The notes: generated from the sequence alone by a model not told the origin. DNA of 64,000 bases from Planctomycetota bacterium (GCA_965248575.1 CBDFJQ010000002.1:32001-96000); one strand, 5' to 3'; positions 16,695 through 27,034 are shown, counted from the first letter of the stretch. Numbers and translations: made by a program.

Positions 16695-19600
16695 ATGAGT
16701 CACCCCAAACTGCCCCGCGTCGGTCCCTATCATCTGTTGGCCCCCCTCGAGGGGGCAACTGGTCGTCTGTGGCAGGCTCGCGACGCTCAGGGTCGGCAGC
16801 TCGTGCTGAAGCAGCATCGGCCTGGTTCCGCAGAGACCCAAGGCCTCGCGGAATGCCGCTTGCTCGGGTTCGAACATCCGGGAGTTGCCACCTGCGTCGA
16901 TGCGGGACGGCACCCCACCACGGGTGAATTGTACACCGTGACCGAGCGGGTCCGAGGGCTGCCCTTGTCTCCTGGGTCCGTCGGGGCGGCGAGCCTTGGG
17001 CTTGCGGAACCGGGGGCGCGGCGCCCATGGGTTGCACGGCTGCTGTCGGCGGTGGGGGCGATTCATGCTGCAGGTTTGCTGCACCGGGATCTGAAGGACG
17101 CCAACATCCTGTTGGAAGGCTTGGCAGGCGGCGCAGGCAAACCGGTCGAAGGGCGGCTGGTTGTGATCGACTTCGGCTTGGCCTGCCTGGAGCGCGACGC
17201 GGCGGAGCAGGTGTTGGCGGGGACGCCCTACAGCATGGCGCCCGAACTGTTCATAGGAGGGCAGCCGAGTCGCGCCAGCGACCTGTGGGCCGTGGGCCTC
17301 GTCTTGGCGGAGGCGTTCCTTGGCAGAAGGCTGTTCATGGGGCGGGAGCCCGGGGAGATGGCGGCGGAGCGTGCCGCGTTCCAGGGACTGGGAGACGAGG
17401 ACGCTGCTCGCCTTCAGGACCCTCACCTGGTGGCTCTCCTGGATCGGCTGCTCCACGCGGACCCCCTGCAGCGACCGGAGAGCGCGGAGGCTGCACGGGC
17501 TGCGCTGCCCTGGGACGGCACCCCGGGTGCTGGTGCCGCAGACCTGAAGGCGCGGTTGTGCGCCGTGCTCGCTGGCAGAGACCCTTGTCGGCTACGTCGG
17601 TTGGACGCACTGAAGGCGGGAAGTCAGTTCGTTCACCTCGCACCCGAGCGCAGCTTCGACCTGGATGCGGCGCACCGGATCCTGGTGGAGCATGCAACCG
17701 GGTTGACCTCACCGACCGAAGTACTTCGCGTTCGCTTGGAACAGGGCAGTTCCTTTCCGGCCAGCAAGGACGAGGTCAGCCTCTTCGTTCGTGAACTCTC
17801 GATCCTTCATCCGCTCGTGGTGGGGTGGGCACCCTTGCCCGAGGATGCCAGCGAAGAAATCGCGTTGCGGAGGACCATCGCCGCCCTGCCTCGTGTCACC
17901 ACCTTCGAGGAGCCGGCGCCGACCGCCGAGCAAGCCTGCGCGGTGGTGCGCGAGTGGCTCGGCGAACGTCCCTTGCTGGAGAGCCGCTTGCGGGATGCGA
18001 CGCCCGGACGCTGGGGCGAGCTGAAGTGGGCTCTCGCGGAGTTGCTCCGGGATGGAGTTGTAGGACTCGATGCGAAGGGAGTGACGTACGACGAGAGCCG
18101 TCTGCCCCCTGAGTGGCCGCTGTCCGGTGGGGCGGACCCTGCCCAGGACCTGCCTCCAGGACAGGTCGAGCTGCTGAACCTCTTGGCGTTGAGCCCGTGG
18201 CCTCTGGCAGCCAGCGCCTTGGAGAGCCTGGCCTCAGCCACAGCGGGCCCGATCATCTCTGCGGCCTTGAAAGCGCTCGTTGAACAGGGCTTGCTGCGGG
18301 TGGTGGTCGCCCACGAGCGGGTGCACTACGAGGTAGCGGACGGGAGGCTGCGACGGCAACTGCTCGCACACACCTCCGTGCCGGTCGCGCAACGTGCGGC
18401 CCTCACGCTTCACCTCGCCGGCGCTGAAGCGGCTTCGCAATCGTCTCGCGCGGAGGCGGGGACGGCTTCCGAGCACGGCGGGCAGTTGTCCGACGAGATG
18501 GCCTCAGCTGTGGCGGATGTCCTGGGAGACGAAGCGGGGGAGGGGGAGTCGGCGGGGCTTGCGGATCTCATCTTGCGCGCGGCGGTCGTCTTTCGTGGGC
18601 GCGGCCGGTTCGCGCGAGCCAGCGCCTTGCTGCGTCGTGGGTTGGCGGGACATCGCCGGCGCGGACGCGCGCGCTCTGCGTTGCATCGGGAGTTGGTGGA
18701 GGTGCTCACGCGCGCCACGCAGATGGAGGAAGCCCAGGCGGCCCTCGACGAGGCGTGCGCTGAAGACCCCGAGGGGTGGATGCTCGTCGTGGCTCAAGCA
18801 CGGGTGTTGGAGGTCGCAGGCCGTGTTGAAGAAGGACTCGGCCTGCTGACGGACATGGATGTCTCTGGCCTTGAAGGTGAAGAGGCCGCCTTGAGCTTGC
18901 AGTTGCGAAGCGACCTCCTGCGCCGTTCCGGGAAGTTCGAAGAGGCCGCCCGGGACCTGCGGGATGCGCTGCGCTGTCTGGGTGACGTCACGACCTTGCG
19001 CACCTTCACCTTGCTGCTGCGCTTGGGGACCCTGGAATTCCGTTTGGGGCGCCCCTCGGAGGCCATTCGTTATCACGAACGCTGCCTGGAGATGATCTCC
19101 ACGCTGCAGCTCGAAGTGCACCGTTGGAATGTGACCTTCAACTTGGGGCGCGCGCTCTGGAGTCGCGGCGAGCGGCGCCGCGGTCTCGCGCTCCAAGAGG
19201 AGTCTGTCAGGTTGTGCGAGGCCTATGGGCAGAACTACGGTTTGGTCACAGTGTCCTTTGGAGCGGGGACGGCAAACCTGTTGCTGGGACGGTTGGATGC
19301 TGCCCGTCGCCTGTTCGACCGCGCTCTGCGCCTGGCGCGCAGCATGAAGGACGATGCGCAGATCGCGCGGGCGTTGAACAACCTGGGCATGGCACTCTCC
19401 GCCGAGGGGCGCCGCGAGGAGGCGGAAGCGTCCTTCGCGGAGAGCCTCGCTCTGCGCGAGGCCCTGGGTGATGTGGTGGGGCAGGCTGCGGTGGTCTTGG
19501 CGCGCGGTCCACGACGTTTGCAGTCGGATGACCGGGTGGGGGCGGCAGAGGACCTTGCACGGGCGCGATCCCTGGCCGAGCGCGTCGATGGGCGCGGGTG

Positions 19601-21830
19601 GGCTGCCGAGGCCGAGTTGTTGAATGCCCGATTGTGCCTGGCGGAAGGCCGCCAAGCCGAGGCCCGGGCCAGCGCCGAGAGCGCCTTGGAAGCTGCCACC
19701 GAACGGGCCTTGGATCAGCAGCGCCTGGAGGCTTTGGAGCTCCTGGCCTTGACCGGCGGCTGTGATCTCGAAGATCAGGACTTCGCCGGCTTCGATCGCT
19801 CTCCTGAGGTGGCCAGCCTGGCCGCGGTTCGGGCGGGGCTACGGCGGGCTTCGGGGCGCACCGACGAGGCGCTCAGCGATCTGGACCTCGCCCTGTCGAT
19901 CCTCGGTGAAACGCCTTCGGGGCCCGTGGAGGCTGGGGTCCTCCTGGCTCGTGCGGAGCTCGACCTCGCACGACTTGAAGCCTTGCAAGAGAATGAGGAC
20001 CCGGATTACGCCATCATCGGGGAGCTCGTCTCGCGTGCCGTTCCGGACGTGGAGCGGGCCCGAGAGCTTGTGGATCGCTTTGATCTGAAACCCCTCGAAG
20101 AGTCACTGGTTCGATTGGAGCAGGGCATCGCCAGCATGGACGACAGCACGGAAAGCCGTGGACTTGGGGCGTTGGCACGACGCCTGCGGGACTTCGAACG
20201 TCTCGTGGAGATCAACAAGCTTCTCACCACCGAGAAGGACACCCAGAAGCTGCTCAACCTGATCGTGGACAGCGCCATCGACCTCACGGGCGCCGCGCGC
20301 GGGTTCATCATCCTCTTCGAAGGCAAGGCCGAGGAGTTCCGCGCAGCACGGAACATCGATGAGAGCACCATCCGCGATCCGCAGTTCCAAGTGAGCCACT
20401 CGGTGGCGCGGCAGGTCGCTCGTGAGGGGAAACCCATCCTGACCGAGAACGCCATTGACGACCCTCGGCTGGCCAGCGCGAGCAGCATCAGCGAACTGAA
20501 GTTGCTGTCGATCCTCTGTGTGCCCCTGCGTTCCCGTGACAAGGTGCTGGGTGCCTTGTATCTCGACCACCCTCAGGTGGTGTCGCGCTTCGAAGGGAGC
20601 CACCTCGCCACGGTGACGTCGCTGTCAGAGCAGGCTGCCATCGCCGTTGAGAACTCGCGCTTGAGTCAGGGACTCGAAGAATCCAATCGCGAGCTGCAGC
20701 ATAGCCAGGAGGAGGTGGGGCGCCTCAACGAAGCGCTGCAGGAGCGACTCGACAAGCGGGAGGCTGAGCTGGAGGAGACGCTCGTCTCCCTTGAGCACAG
20801 CCAACGCGCCCTGGCGCTGCGCTACGACTACGGGAACATCGTGACCCAGAGTGCGCGGATGCACGCGGTGCTCGACATGATGGACCGTGTGACGGACACG
20901 GACTTTGCCGTAGTCATCTACGGTGAGAGCGGCACGGGCAAGGAGCTCATGGCGCGCGCCATCCATTTCAACGGCTCGCGCCGCAGCAAGAACTTCATGA
21001 CGCTCAACTGCGCGGCCTTGCCCGAGAACCTCATCGAGAGCGAGCTGTTCGGCCATGTGCGCGGTTCGTTCACGGGTGCCGAGCGGGACCGTGAAGGTCT
21101 CTTCGCGCGCGCTGATGGCGGCACCTTGTTCCTGGATGAGATCGGGGACATGAGTCTGGATGTCCAGAAACGACTGCTGCGTGTGTTGCAGGAAGGTGAG
21201 TTCATTCCCGTAGGTGGGCGCGACGTCCGAAAAGTCGACGTGCGCATCCTGTGTGCAACACACCGCAATCTCACCTCCATGACGGATGCCGGAACTTTTC
21301 GCGACGACCTGCTCTATCGCCTGGACGTGGCCCGGATCGAGCTGCCGCCGTTGCGGGAACGGCCTGAGGACATCGCCCTGTTGGTGCCGCACTTCCTCGA
21401 GCGCCACGGCGCCCAGAACATCAGCTTGGATGCTGAGGGCCTGGCGATCCTCGAACGCCGCCCGTGGCCGGGCAACGTGCGCGAACTCGAGAACTTCGTC
21501 ATGACCATGCTGCTCTTCGGTCGGGATCACTCCCGGATCAATGCGGACATCGTCCGGCGGGCCATCCGGGTGCGGGAGGCCGATGCTGATCTGGGGCCCT
21601 TGGCGGGTGGCGAGACAGGCTCCGTTGGCGGTGCCGGCGGCTCCGGGCTGGGTGGGACAGGGGCTGATGGGTCCGAGGATGGCCCTCTCAAGGCCCGACT
21701 GGAAGAATTCGAGAGGGCTGCCATCCGCGCGGCCCTGGCATCCGCGGATGGCAATAAGTCCCAAGCTGCCAGGGACTTGGGAGTGAGCGTCAGGAGCCTC
21801 TACAAGATGATCGAGCGTCTCGGGCTCTAA
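16695..21830 (+). CDS. Ser/Thr kinase-TPR-GAF-sigma54 enhancer-binding protein (Fis HTH)
   Basis: HRDLKDAN/DFG/APE kinase; TPR-like repeats (ARALNNLG); GAF (SILCVPL..GALYLD); GESGTGKE, GSFTGA, FLDEIGD, WPGNVREL; GNKSQAARDLG. Confidence 0.92.
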   Translation: MSHPKLPRVGPYHLLAPLEGATGRLWQARDAQGRQLVLKQHRPGSAETQGLAECRLLGFEHPGVATCVDAGRHPTTGELYTVTERVRGLPLSPGSVGAASLGLAEPGARRPWVARLLSAVGAIHAAGLLHRDLKDANILLEGLAGGAGKPVEGRLVVIDFGLACLERDAAEQVLAGTPYSMAPELFIGGQPSRASDLWAVGLVLAEAFLGRRLFMGREPGEMAAERAAFQGLGDEDAARLQDPHLVALLDRLLHADPLQRPESAEAARAALPWDGTPGAGAADLKARLCAVLAGRDPCRLRRLDALKAGSQFVHLAPERSFDLDAAHRILVEHATGLTSPTEVLRVRLEQGSSFPASKDEVSLFVRELSILHPLVVGWAPLPEDASEEIALRRTIAALPRVTTFEEPAPTAEQACAVVREWLGERPLLESRLRDATPGRWGELKWALAELLRDGVVGLDAKGVTYDESRLPPEWPLSGGADPAQDLPPGQVELLNLLALSPWPLAASALESLASATAGPIISAALKALVEQGLLRVVVAHERVHYEVADGRLRRQLLAHTSVPVAQRAALTLHLAGAEAASQSSRAEAGTASEHGGQLSDEMASAVADVLGDEAGEGESAGLADLILRAAVVFRGRGRFARASALLRRGLAGHRRRGRARSALHRELVEVLTRATQMEEAQAALDEACAEDPEGWMLVVAQARVLEVAGRVEEGLGLLTDMDVSGLEGEEAALSLQLRSDLLRRSGKFEEAARDLRDALRCLGDVTTLRTFTLLLRLGTLEFRLGRPSEAIRYHERCLEMISTLQLEVHRWNVTFNLGRALWSRGERRRGLALQEESVRLCEAYGQNYGLVTVSFGAGTANLLLGRLDAARRLFDRALRLARSMKDDAQIARALNNLGMALSAEGRREEAEASFAESLALREALGDVVGQAAVVLARGPRRLQSDDRVGAAEDLARARSLAERVDGRGWAAEAELLNARLCLAEGRQAEARASAESALEAATERALDQQRLEALELLALTGGCDLEDQDFAGFDRSPEVASLAAVRAGLRRASGRTDEALSDLDLALSILGETPSGPVEAGVLLARAELDLARLEALQENEDPDYAIIGELVSRAVPDVERARELVDRFDLKPLEESLVRLEQGIASMDDSTESRGLGALARRLRDFERLVEINKLLTTEKDTQKLLNLIVDSAIDLTGAARGFIILFEGKAEEFRAARNIDESTIRDPQFQVSHSVARQVAREGKPILTENAIDDPRLASASSISELKLLSILCVPLRSRDKVLGALYLDHPQVVSRFEGSHLATVTSLSEQAAIAVENSRLSQGLEESNRELQHSQEEVGRLNEALQERLDKREAELEETLVSLEHSQRALALRYDYGNIVTQSARMHAVLDMMDRVTDTDFAVVIYGESGTGKELMARAIHFNGSRRSKNFMTLNCAALPENLIESELFGHVRGSFTGAERDREGLFARADGGTLFLDEIGDMSLDVQKRLLRVLQEGEFIPVGGRDVRKVDVRILCATHRNLTSMTDAGTFRDDLLYRLDVARIELPPLRERPEDIALLVPHFLERHGAQNISLDAEGLAILERRPWPGNVRELENFVMTMLLFGRDHSRINADIVRRAIRVREADADLGPLAGGETGSVGGAGGSGLGGTGADGSEDGPLKARLEEFERAAIRAALASADGNKSQAARDLGVSVRSLYKMIERLGL

Positions 21831-21934
21831 TCGGGGCCATCGCAGACCAGGGGCTCACGAGGTCGGGAATCGAGGTATACTCCGGCCGGTTGTAAGGCCC
21901 TCCCCTCACTTGTCTTGTCACCCGTCAAATCCTC

Positions 21935-22675
21935 ATGACGCGTCGCCCAACCCTGTCCCGCTGGTTGTTGCCTGCCGCCCTGTTGTTGGCGGTGCTGGGC
22001 CTCCCGGCCTCGGGCTCCGTTGGCAGCTCGACGCTCAACTATTACGCCAACTTCAATGATGCCGCGGCGCAGGGGCCCGGTAACAAGACCTGGAAGGCAT
22101 ACGGAGGCGCGGTCAGCGTCGATGGCCCGCAAGACGTGTTCCAGGTCGTCTTTCCCACGCCGCAAGACGGCGAGATGGAGATTCAGCCCAACCCCTTCGG
22201 CAGCGACTCGGAGCTGAGCTTCGAGTTGGACATGCCGGTCATCGCGCCCCTCTGCGATGTCGGCTTTGCCCTCACGGCAACCAGCGGTGTCTTCAGCGAC
22301 TTCGATGTGCGCTTCGACGATGTGGGGGACATCGGTGTGCTCGATATGCAGTTCACCGAAGAAGGCACGGTACGGGTCGATGGACAAGAGATCCTACTGC
22401 CGCTGCTGGGCGGTGAGGTGGAACTCTACGTGAACGTCACTCTCGAGACGACGGCCGTCGGCTCGCAGATGTGGAGCATGACGCTCACAGGTCCTTCGGT
22501 CTCAGCGACCGCGTCCGGTTCACTCAACGTGCCGACCCTGACCCTGAACTCCCTGCACTTCATTCGCCGAGCGGGCGAAGTGGGGGCGGTTTGGACGCTG
22601 GACGATGTCCTCGTGACATCCAGCGACCCGAACTCACCGAACTTCGTGCCCGATGGGGCCTTCCGCCCGAAGTAG
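21935..22675 (+). CDS. hypothetical secreted beta-rich protein
   Basis: N-terminal signal peptide; GC3-biased codons; ends with WTLDDV strand typical of jelly-roll folds. Confidence 0.65.
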   Translation: MTRRPTLSRWLLPAALLLAVLGLPASGSVGSSTLNYYANFNDAAAQGPGNKTWKAYGGAVSVDGPQDVFQVVFPTPQDGEMEIQPNPFGSDSELSFELDMPVIAPLCDVGFALTATSGVFSDFDVRFDDVGDIGVLDMQFTEEGTVRVDGQEILLPLLGGEVELYVNVTLETTAVGSQMWSMTLTGPSVSATASGSLNVPTLTLNSLHFIRRAGEVGAVWTLDDVLVTSSDPNSPNFVPDGAFRPK

Positions 22676-22752
22676 TCGCCGGTTCGTTCCTCAACGTTTC
22701 ATCCTTGGCGACCGTCCCGAGGCGCCATCCCAGGACGAGTGGAGTTCAGCGA

Positions 22753-23373
22753 GTGCGCGTGCTGGTGACGTCCGGCGGGACGCGAGAGGCCATCGACGAT
22801 GTGCGGGTTCTGAGCAATCGCAGCACGGGGCGGCTGGGGGCGTTGCTTGTCGAGGCCCTGCACCGGCGCGGCCACGGTGTCACCCTGCTGCACGGCAGCG
22901 AGGCGTGTCTTCCCGACGCAGCCGTGAGCATGAAGAGCTTCGAGTCCAGTGCCGACTTGTCACAGCTGTTGCAGCAGGAGGTGCCGGGGTGTGATGCGGT
23001 GTTCCAGGCTGCAGCCGTCGCTGACTACCTGCCAGACACCCAAGCGGGGAAGCTGTCGTCGGACGCCGACACGCTGACCCTGCAGCTTCGCCGGGCACCC
23101 AAGCTTGTGGATCGCCTTCGCGCCCTCGCTCCTGAGGCCCTGCTTGTGGGCTTCAAGCTGACGTCGGGGGCGACGGGCGACGAACGCGTCCAAAAGGCCC
23201 AGGATCTCCTGGCGCGTGCGCAGTTGGACGCCGTGTTGGCCAACGATGCCCGGGCCCTGGGTGATCGGGAGCACCAGGCGTTGTTGGTCACGGCTGAAGG
23301 CATCGTCGCGAGCTATGAAGGCAAGGCCGCCATCGCCGAGGGCCTGGCGGACTTTCTTGAGCGGGAGCCGTAG
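22753..23373 (+). CDS. coaB: phosphopantothenate--cysteine ligase (stand-alone)
   Basis: VLVTSGGTREAIDDVR.LSNRSTG, AAAVADY, LVGFKL. GTG start at 22753. Confidence 0.88.
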   Translation: MRVLVTSGGTREAIDDVRVLSNRSTGRLGALLVEALHRRGHGVTLLHGSEACLPDAAVSMKSFESSADLSQLLQQEVPGCDAVFQAAAVADYLPDTQAGKLSSDADTLTLQLRRAPKLVDRLRALAPEALLVGFKLTSGATGDERVQKAQDLLARAQLDAVLANDARALGDREHQALLVTAEGIVASYEGKAAIAEGLADFLEREP

Positions 23374-23418
23374 AGTGATGCCCGCTGTCTCCCATTTCCC
23401 CGATCCGCGAGAGCTGTG

Positions 23419-23964
23419 ATGAAGGTCCTGCTGGGTGTCAGTGGCGGTATCGCCGTCTACAAAGCCTGCGAGCTCGTGCGACGGCTCCAGCAGGAGGGCG
23501 ACGAGGTGCGGGTGCTCATGACGGAAGCGGCCACGCGTTTCGTCTCGCCCCTGACCTTCGCCACCTTGTCCGGCGGGCCGGTGGGCACGACCCTGTTCAA
23601 CCAGGACAGCGAGCAGATCGATCACATCCGCTGGGCGCGTTGGGCTGAGCTGGTCCTGGTTGCGCCGGCGACGGCCAACACCGTGGCTCGTTTCGCACAC
23701 GGCATGGCAGACGACCTGCTCTCGACGGTGGTGTTGGCGACGGAGAGCACGGTGCCCGTGCTGGTTGCCCCAGCCATGAACACCGCCATGTGGGAGAACC
23801 CCCTGGTGCGTCGCAACCTGGACGTGCTGCGGGAGATCGGGCGCTTCACCATCGTTCCCCCGGTCGACAAGACCTTGGCCTGTGGGGAAACCGGGGTCGG
23901 CGGGCTGGCTGAGGAATCGGAGATCGTGGATGCCGTCTCGGGATTCCGCTCTGACAGCCACTGA
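23419..23964 (+). CDS. coaC: phosphopantothenoylcysteine decarboxylase (stand-alone)
   Basis: GVSGGIAVYK, HI, APATAN, PAMNTAMW, LACGETG. Confidence 0.92.
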   Translation: MKVLLGVSGGIAVYKACELVRRLQQEGDEVRVLMTEAATRFVSPLTFATLSGGPVGTTLFNQDSEQIDHIRWARWAELVLVAPATANTVARFAHGMADDLLSTVVLATESTVPVLVAPAMNTAMWENPLVRRNLDVLREIGRFTIVPPVDKTLACGETGVGGLAEESEIVDAVSGFRSDSH

Positions 23965-23997
23965 GGCGCGAGCGTGCTCCGCTGCCGGGTCGCCCCC

Positions 23998-24203
23998 CGG
24001 TGGTCCTAGGCGCTCCTCGTTCGGCCCCGGAAAAGTCTGATTCTGATTCTGAGGTCAAGCTTCGGCTGGGCGGCGGACGAAAGGAGTGGCGCGCTGGAGC
24101 TTCGGCTCCGGTCGCGCTCTCTCCTGTCGTGCGGTTGGGTCGCACATCTGATGTACACCTAGGATTCCCCGCACCGCGGCCCAATCGCACCTTAGGACTG
24201 CCG
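23998..24203 (+). ncRNA. candidate structured RNA (four-way junction), family unknown
   Basis: Closing helix 23998-24010/24191-24203 (13 bp); arm 24011-24027/24068-24088; hairpin 24089-24117 with cUUCGg; 15-bp helix 24129-24143/24176-24190. G-U pairs work only on the + strand. Confidence 0.6.
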
Positions 24204-24283
24204 CTTCCCGCATTCCCTGCGTGAGCGAAGCGGCGCCCGTCGTTAAGATCCCTCGTTTGCCCCCCCAGACGAAGGATTGCGCC

Positions 24284-25385
24284 ATGTCCGTTGACGATGT
24301 CCGCCACCGCGCCACCGACATCCGCCGCCGCCTGAACCAGATCAAGGACTCTCTTTGACGCTGAGGCATTGGGCCGCCGCAGGGCGGAGCTCGAAGAGAT
24401 GATGGGCGGGGACGGCTTCTGGGATGACCAGGAAGCCGCCCAGAAGATCGTCGGCGAAGTGAAGCGCACCAAGGCGAGCCTCGGGCCGATCCTGAAGGTT
24501 GAAGCAGCTCTCGACGACCTGGATGTGATGGTCGAGTTGGCTAAGGAGTCGGGCGACGCAGCCGACTCCGCCGAAGTGACGGAGATGGAAGCCGCCGTGG
24601 CGGAGATCATGGAGAAGCTCGAGTTCCAGGTCATGCTGGGCGGCGAGTACGACGTGCGCGACGCCTATCTCACGGTGCAAGCCGGGGCCGGTGGGACCGA
24701 GTCGTGCGACTGGGCCGAGATGTTGCTGCGCATGTTCTCCCGTTGGGCGGAGCGCTCCGGGTTCGAAGTCAGCCAGGTGGCGCGGCTCGATGGTGAGGAG
24801 GCCGGCGTCAAGTGGGCCACGCTGCTGGTGAAGGGCGACTATGCCTACGGATACCTGCGGGCAGAGTCGGGCGTGCACCGTCTGGTTCGCCTCTCACCTT
24901 TCGATTCCCAGAATCGTCGCCAGACATCCTTCGCTGCTATCGAAGTGATGCCGGACCTGGACGACGCGGAAGCTGCGGAGATTCGTTCCGAGGACCTGCG
25001 CGTCGACACCTACCGTGCCGGCGGTGCAGGCGGTCAGCACGTCAACAAGACGGACTCGGCGGTGCGCCTGACGCACCTCCCGTCGGGAATCGTCGTGGCG
25101 TGCCAGAGCGAACGCAGCCAGCACAAGAACCGTGCGACCGCCATGAAGATGCTCGCCGCCAAGTTGATCGCGAAAGCCGAGTCCGAGCGGGACGCCGAGA
25201 TGGCGGACCTGCAAGGGGAGAAGGGCGACATCGGCTGGGGGCACCAGATCCGAAGCTATGTCCTGCATCCCTACCAGATGGTGAAGGACCACCGCACCAA
25301 TCTGGAAGTAGGGAACACCACGGCCGTGTTGGATGGCGACGTCCAACCATTCATCGAGACCTTTTTGAGGAGCCGGCAGGGATGA
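24284..25385 (+). CDS. prfB: peptide chain release factor 2 (programmed +1 frameshift at CTT TGA C, 24353-24359)
   Basis: 24-codon first frame ends AAGGAC TCT CTT TGA C; second frame contains the SPF and GGQ motifs. Confidence 0.97.
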
Positions 25386-26965
25386 CTGCTGGCCAGAAGG
25401 AGACATCTGTGCGCCGCGCTTTGTTGTCCGTCACCGACAAGACGGGAATTGCTGAGTTTGCCAAGGGACTTGCCGCCCGAGACTTCGAGGTGGTCTCCAC
25501 GGGGGGCACCGCGAAGGCCATTCGGGAGGCGGGCGTGCCCGTGACCGACATCGCCGACATCACGGGTTTCCCCGAGATGATGGACGGCCGGGTGAAGACC
25601 CTGCACCCCAAGGTGCATGGAGGCTTGCTCGCCGTGCGCTCCAACAGCGAGCACCGTGCCGCCATGGAGGACCACGGCATCGCGCCCATCGATGTTGTTG
25701 CCGTGAACCTCTACGCCTTCCGGGAGACGGTGGCGAAGCCAGGAGTCAGCGACGCCGAGGCCATCGAGCACATCGACATCGGGGGGCCGAGCATGATCCG
25801 CTCTGCCGCCAAGAACCACGGCAGCGTGTGGGTGGTGACGGACCCCTGCGACTATGCGGCCGTCCTGCAGGGCCTTGATGACGAGCAGAGCGGGGCCGAT
25901 GGCCTGGCGACTCGTCGCGCGTTGGCGGGCAAGGCCTACACCACGACGGCTGCCTACGACGCGGCCATCTCCAACTGGTTTGGCGAGCGCTCCGACGAGA
26001 CGCTGCCTGAGACGCTCGTGCTGGAGGCCTCCGTCGCACGGGAGTTGCGCTACGGCGAGAACCCTCATCAAGCGGCGCGCTTCTACGTCAACACGGGCGT
26101 CACGGAACCGTCCATCGCCACGGCGGACGTGCTTTCGGGGAAGGCCCTCTCCTACAACAACATCATGGATGCAGACGGCGCCCTGGAGCTTGTGAAGGAG
26201 TTCGACGTTCCTGCTGCGGCTGTCATCAAGCACACGAATCCCTGCGGCTGTGGCGTGGGTGAGGACATCGCGACGGCCTTCGAGCGGGCCTGGTTGGGCG
26301 ACCCCCAATCGGCTTTCGGTGGCATCGTGTCCATCAACCGGCCCGTTGACGAGCAGTTGGCGCGAGCCATCGCCAAACCCCAGCACTTCCTGGAGGTCAT
26401 CGTGGCACCCGCCTTCGCGGGCGAGGCCGTGGAGATCCTCAAGACGGGCGCCAAGTGGGGCAAGAACGTGCGCCTTCTGGCGACGGGGGAGTTGGGCGCT
26501 CGCTCAGCTTCCGACCTTCAGCTGCGAAAGGTGACGGGGGGCTATCTGGTCCAGCAACGGGACCTGGGGTACGAGCACGAGAAGCGGGAAGTGGCCAGCG
26601 CGCGGCAGCCGACCGCCGCCGAGCTGGACGATCTCGAGTTCTCCTGGCGCGTCTGCAAGCACGTGAAGAGCAACGCCATCGTGCTGGCCAAGGGCGGCAC
26701 GCTGTTGGGTGTCGGCGCAGGCCAGATGAGCCGCGTGGACTCGGTCTTCATGGCCGGACACAAAGCCGGCGAGCGGACCCAGGGGGCGGTCCTGGCCTCG
26801 GACGCCTTCTTCCCCTTCCGGGACTCCATCGACGAGGCCGCGCGCCTGGGGGTCACGGCGGTGATCCAGCCGGGCGGCTCGATTCGCGACAAGGAGTCGG
26901 TGGCGGCGGCGGACGAGCACGGCATCGCCTTGGTACTCACAGGCAGCCGGCACTTCAAGCACTAG
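25382..26965 (+). CDS. purH: bifunctional AICAR transformylase / IMP cyclohydrolase
   Basis: [49 protein letters not shown] overlap with prfB. Confidence 0.97.
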   Translation: MTAGQKETSVRRALLSVTDKTGIAEFAKGLAARDFEVVSTGGTAKAIREAGVPVTDIADITGFPEMMDGRVKTLHPKVHGGLLAVRSNSEHRAAMEDHGIAPIDVVAVNLYAFRETVAKPGVSDAEAIEHIDIGGPSMIRSAAKNHGSVWVVTDPCDYAAVLQGLDDEQSGADGLATRRALAGKAYTTTAAYDAAISNWFGERSDETLPETLVLEASVARELRYGENPHQAARFYVNTGVTEPSIATADVLSGKALSYNNIMDADGALELVKEFDVPAAAVIKHTNPCGCGVGEDIATAFERAWLGDPQSAFGGIVSINRPVDEQLARAIAKPQHFLEVIVAPAFAGEAVEILKTGAKWGKNVRLLATGELGARSASDLQLRKVTGGYLVQQRDLGYEHEKREVASARQPTAAELDDLEFSWRVCKHVKSNAIVLAKGGTLLGVGAGQMSRVDSVFMAGHKAGERTQGAVLASDAFFPFRDSIDEAARLGVTAVIQPGGSIRDKESVAAADEHGIALVLTGSRHFKH

Positions 26966-26976
26966 GTCGAACTTGA

Positions 26977-27021
26977 GCACGCCCCCGGTCCCCGCGCATG
27001 AGCAGGGCCTCGGGGGCGTGC
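26977..27021. terminator. 11-bp inverted repeat between convergent purH and redoxin genes
   Basis: gcacgcccccg / cgggggcgtgc; no U-tract. Confidence 0.45.
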
Positions 27022-27034
27022 CGATCAGGCGGAC

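Noticed and set aside
20172..20190. TGGCAC-N5-CTGC sigma54-like motif
   Set aside because: Deep inside a CDS with no downstream start; I found no convincing intergenic -24/-12 site.
23985..24012. Minus-strand ACCACCGGGGGGCGACCC resembling part of a ZTP riboswitch near purH
   Set aside because: Wrong strand for purH, and the 5' GACUGGCG and downstream CGCCUGGG elements are not in order.
24036..24082. CUGA... and GGACGAAA suggesting a hammerhead ribozyme
   Set aside because: No CUGANGA core and no compatible stems I-III.
24812..25381. N-terminal extension of PurH in the track
   Set aside because: Alternative frame of prfB; real start is 25382.
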